Assembly (NCBI GenBank): GCA_045651645.1
Contig: JAZRSU010000023.1
Coordinates: forward strand, 16,175-80,174
Length of the DNA: 64,000 nt
Direction: 5' to 3'
DNA from: Acutalibacteraceae bacterium
Lineage (GTDB): Bacteria; Bacillota; Clostridia; Oscillospirales; Acutalibacteraceae
Shown here: positions 61,290-64,000 of the stretch, one piece after another
Numbering within the stretch: position 1 is the stretch's first letter
Layout: each line of letters opens with the position of its first letter
Translations under genes and position numbers: made by a program
The notes under the pieces: generated by a model
What the model saw: only the letters and a program-made list of their open reading frames with translations
Told to the model about the DNA's origin: nothing
The model's database searches: none

Positions 61290-64000
61290 TCACGCTCCTA
61301 CCGAGTAATCGTTAAATATATAGTCGTTGAATATCGCACTGTCCTGAATAAGAACAAAGTCTTCTTCTGTAATTTCACCGTCACAGTTTGCATCCGCAGC
61401 TATGTTATATGCGGTGTTAGTCAGTTCAAGCAGACCAAGCGCACACATTCTTGCAAGGAATGCATCGTTTGCATCTGCCTTGCCGTTGCCGTCGATATCG
61501 CCGAGTACTGCAACTGTGTAGATGATGTCGTCACAGCCGTCTTTACTCATTATTACTGTCGCGCCTGTGGAGTATACGCCGTAGCTGTTAGGCTCGAAGG
61601 AAACGGCATAATCTCCGCTTGCTTCGATACATTCGGCGTAAGTTTCAACGTATTCTGCAGTGAGTACGATGGCGTGGTTTGTGTTGTCAGCTACAATGCT
61701 GGGGTCTGACGTGCTTATCTCTGCCTTGAATACAAGGGCGGCTATTGCGTTGCGTATAGCCTGAGCCATACCGTCAACAATATTCTGCTCATCAGAATAT
61801 TTGCCGTAGATAACTGCGTTTACGGCAGAGGTGACAGCACTGAAATCAACGTAATCGTCGGGGTTGAGTGCGGCGGCTTCTGCCTTTGCTTTTTCTACTT
61901 CGGAGTAGTCGGCAGCTGTACGCTCAATCAGCTTATCCATCGCATCGAGCAGCTCGTAATACTTTGCTGTTACCTCGTCCTGCTGATATGCATACAGATT
62001 ATAGTCGATGCTGTCAATAACAGCCTGAACGATTTCATAGTTTGTGAATGCGTTGGGGTCAAGACTCTGTGCGGCGGCTACTATTCGGTTGAGCTGAGAA
62101 TAGTTAGCCTTGCCTACTACCGTACGCATTGCCGCCTCAGCAACAAGCTTCATGCTGAGCATTCTGCCGTTGCCCTCAATCGGGTGAAGGTCGTAATAAA
62201 CGCCGTCACTGCCTTTCTGCATATTTGAGTAGTCGTATACAATGCATCTTGTGTTTTCTTCAGCGCAGATAAGGCTCTTGACCTGTGCACCTGTAAAGTT
62301 GTGGTTGATTGCAAAGCACATTGCGGCTGCTGCGGTAACAATAGGTGCCGCCTGTGATGTGCCGTTAGCACTGGCGTACATAATGTTATAATTGCCGCTT
62401 GCATTTGCCTGCGGAGTTACTGCACCCAAAATCGAATATCCGGGTGCGTAAATATCAACTCTGCTGCCTGCGTTGCTGAAGGGTGCCATTTCAAAAAGCA
62501 GACCGTTTGAATTGTTACTCTGGTTCGATGCCGCACCTACGACAATAATGCGGTTATATACTTCATTTACCTGAGATGTTGTAAGTGAGCCGTATCTTGC
62601 GTTTTTGCGTATTGAGCAGTAAAGACCGTTCTGTGTTGCGTCAACACTGCGGTATACGTTGGTGCCGAGTCTTGTATCGATTACGCCGTTACCTGCCGAC
62701 TGAACAACTACAAATTCCTTGCCTGCATTCAGAAGCGTATTCATACCGACTGCACACTGTTTAGCTGTGCTGTCAAGCTCTGAGGTGGTGTATGGGTCAA
62801 GGTAGGGGTTGTAGGTGCTTGATGCACCCGAAGACGGATTGAGACCAAGTGAGAGGTTGACTGCGGTTGCGCCGTTTGTTACCTGACTTGATACAGCGTC
62901 TACTATATAGCTGATTGTGTTGCTTGATGCGTTGAAGTTTGCTGCGTAAATATCAACGTCCCACAGCATACCGCTGACACCGATACCGTTGTTGGGTGTT
63001 GCGCCGATTATACTTGCAACGTGTGTGCCGTGGTACTGACCTGCAAGGGTTTTGGGTACAGTTGAGAGTTTGTTGTCGGATGCGTATGAGCCGGTGAATT
63101 TGACGGTATCGCCGAGGTCTTCGTGGTTGGTCATAACAGGGCCGTCGATGATGCCGACCTTTGCACTGCTGATAAAGCTGTTATAATCCCAGGTGCTGTA
63201 TGCCTGTACAGCTTCTGCGTGCCAGTTGTAGCCACCGGGAATATTTTCGTTTACAGTTTCTTTGTAGCTTGTGTTTGTATTCCACGGGTCGTTTGTTGAT
63301 GTAACGTTTATTTCGAGCGGCAGAATCTGCTCAATACCTGCGCCCGTAACTTCGTCGTATTCTTCGAGCTTTGCACAGATTTCATTAAGCTCGTCAAGGT
63401 TGTCAGCTTTAAATCTTGCCTGCACCATAGCAATGTCGTTTACTTCGCCTACACGCTCTGCGCCGAAGTCGGCAAGTATCTCTGCAATTCTTTTGTCGGT
63501 TGTATCAAGCTCGAAATATACGTTGATTATCTCTTTTACATATTTTGTGCCGTTTTCTTCTGCTTCTTCGGCGGCTGTGCGGTTGTATAATTCGCCTTTG
63601 TCATAGTAAATATTCTGTACCTGAGTCCGGGTTTCGCCGTTTGCGAGTGTTGCTGTGAAAGTTACCTTGTTTTCACCGTGCTTGAGTGCAAGGTTATCTA
63701 TGCTCCATTCGCATCCGTCAAGGGTTGCAGTACCGCTTGAACCGACCTCAAAATTATCAATATCACTGCGCACCTCATATGTAACGGACATAACTGTTGC
63801 GTTTGCAACTGCCGTACCGCTGAAATCAGCAACAGAGCGGTTGACTGTTTCGGGCTTTTTGTCGGTTGTTTCAAGTTCAAAATAGCTGTTGTTTGCTGTG
63901 CTTGCGGTGTAGCTTACGGTGATACTCAGCGGATATTCGCTGCCGTTTATAATTACGCAGTCATTGAGTGTAAAACTGCGTGCTTCGCCTGCACCGACAG
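61290..64000 (-). CDS. Secreted S8 (subtilisin-like) serine peptidase with helical FIVAR-like region and C-terminal dockerin; 5' end lies outside the window
   Basis: Catalytic triad contexts VGIIDGPV (Asp), HGTHVASIIGA (His) and GTSQAAPIVTAAAA (Ser). Dockerin is GDIDGNGKADANDAFLARM...DANCDGEITEEDFVLI. My own translation of the minus strand in this frame from 63998 to 63792 has no stop (VGAGEARSFTLNDCVIINGSEYPLSITVSYTAS...), so the ATG at 63791 is internal. Confidence 0.88.
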   Translation of the reverse strand, partial: VGAGEARSFTLNDCVIINGSEYPLSITVSYTASTANNSYFELETTDKKPETVNRSVADFSGTAVANATVMSVTYEVRSDIDNFEVGSSGTATLDGCEWSIDNLALKHGENKVTFTATLANGETRTQVQNIYYDKGELYNRTAAEEAEENGTKYVKEIINVYFELDTTDKRIAEILADFGAERVGEVNDIAMVQARFKADNLDELNEICAKLEEYDEVTGAGIEQILPLEINVTSTNDPWNTNTSYKETVNENIPGGYNWHAEAVQAYSTWDYNSFISSAKVGIIDGPVMTNHEDLGDTVKFTGSYASDNKLSTVPKTLAGQYHGTHVASIIGATPNNGIGVSGMLWDVDIYAANFNASSNTISYIVDAVSSQVTNGATAVNLSLGLNPSSGASSTYNPYLDPYTTSELDSTAKQCAVGMNTLLNAGKEFVVVQSAGNGVIDTRLGTNVYRSVDATQNGLYCSIRKNARYGSLTTSQVNEVYNRIIVVGAASNQSNNSNGLLFEMAPFSNAGSRVDIYAPGYSILGAVTPQANASGNYNIMYASANGTSQAAPIVTAAAAMCFAINHNFTGAQVKSLICAEENTRCIVYDYSNMQKGSDGVYYDLHPIEGNGRMLSMKLVAEAAMRTVVGKANYSQLNRIVAAAQSLDPNAFTNYEIVQAVIDSIDYNLYAYQQDEVTAKYYELLDAMDKLIERTAADYSEVEKAKAEAAALNPDDYVDFSAVTSAVNAVIYGKYSDEQNIVDGMAQAIRNAIAALVFKAEISTSDPSIVADNTNHAIVLTAEYVETYAECIEASGDYAVSFEPNSYGVYSTGATVIMSKDGCDDIIYTVAVLGDIDGNGKADANDAFLARMCALGLLELTNTAYNIAADANCDGEITEEDFVLIQDSAIFNDYIFNDYSVGA

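Noticed and set aside
63791-63793. ATG 63791 as the start of the S8 protease
   Set aside because: My translation of the same minus-strand frame from 63998 to 63792 has no stop and continues a plausible domain sequence. The gene therefore begins beyond the window.
1-64000. Defence islands, prophage, integrative elements or toxin-antitoxin pairs
   Set aside because: I saw no integrase, recombinase, transposase, restriction-modification, Cas, Abi-like or phage structural motifs in any of the long ORFs on either strand. The accessory character of the window comes from glycan and surface-protein genes.

Overview
Probably a Ruminococcus-like (Oscillospiraceae) Firmicute. Two proteins carry cellulosome/amylosome-type dockerins, Shine-Dalgarno sites are strong, and composition looks moderately AT-rich by eye (not computed). 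No rRNA, tRNA, CRISPR array, transposase, phage gene or recognisable defence gene was found. (1) 1-7.9 kb holds the tail of a four-helix-bundle gene, then a 2420-aa secreted multidomain surface protein: GH43-like, LamG-like, three beta-sandwich plus Listeria-Bacteroides-repeat units, (DEPTTG)x15 and a Phe-rich C-terminal tail. It appears co-transcribed with an 81-aa Cys-containing ORF. (2) 7.99-41.2 kb is a roughly 33-kb, all plus-strand surface-glycan super-locus in two modules. Module A (7988-22676) has a CpsB-type phosphatase, an Ig-like membrane protein, two tandem fused Wzz/BY-kinases with long periodic Tyr tails, an aminotransferase, a priming phosphoglycosyltransferase, TviB/TviC-like UDP-HexNAcA genes, glycosyltransferases and a Wzy-like polymerase. 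Module B (22961-41157) has ten more glycosyltransferase or modification genes, a TupA-like ATP-grasp, Wzm/Wzt ABC exporter, FnlA/FnlC/FnlB (UDP-L-FucNAc) and an NTP_transf_5 protein. The modules are separated by a 284-bp gap bracketed by a 16-bp inverted repeat. (3) 41.3-64 kb holds LOG, DUF4838 and GH92, a ribulose-phosphate 3-epimerase-family gene plus ribokinase, a 1456-aa BspA-type LRR dockerin protein, rarA, cysK, recG, yloV, asp23, a family-5 solute-binding lipoprotein, ymdB and a dockerin-bearing S8 protease that runs off the window edge. The points most worth follow-up are the inverted-repeat-bracketed junction (candidate phase switch), a C-terminal tail motif shared by the two giant surface proteins (candidate new anchoring or sorting signal), the unusual CPS regulatory module, and the composite Wzy-plus-ABC locus with no Wzx or LCP gene in view. 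All functional calls come from reading motifs by eye; no database search was run.
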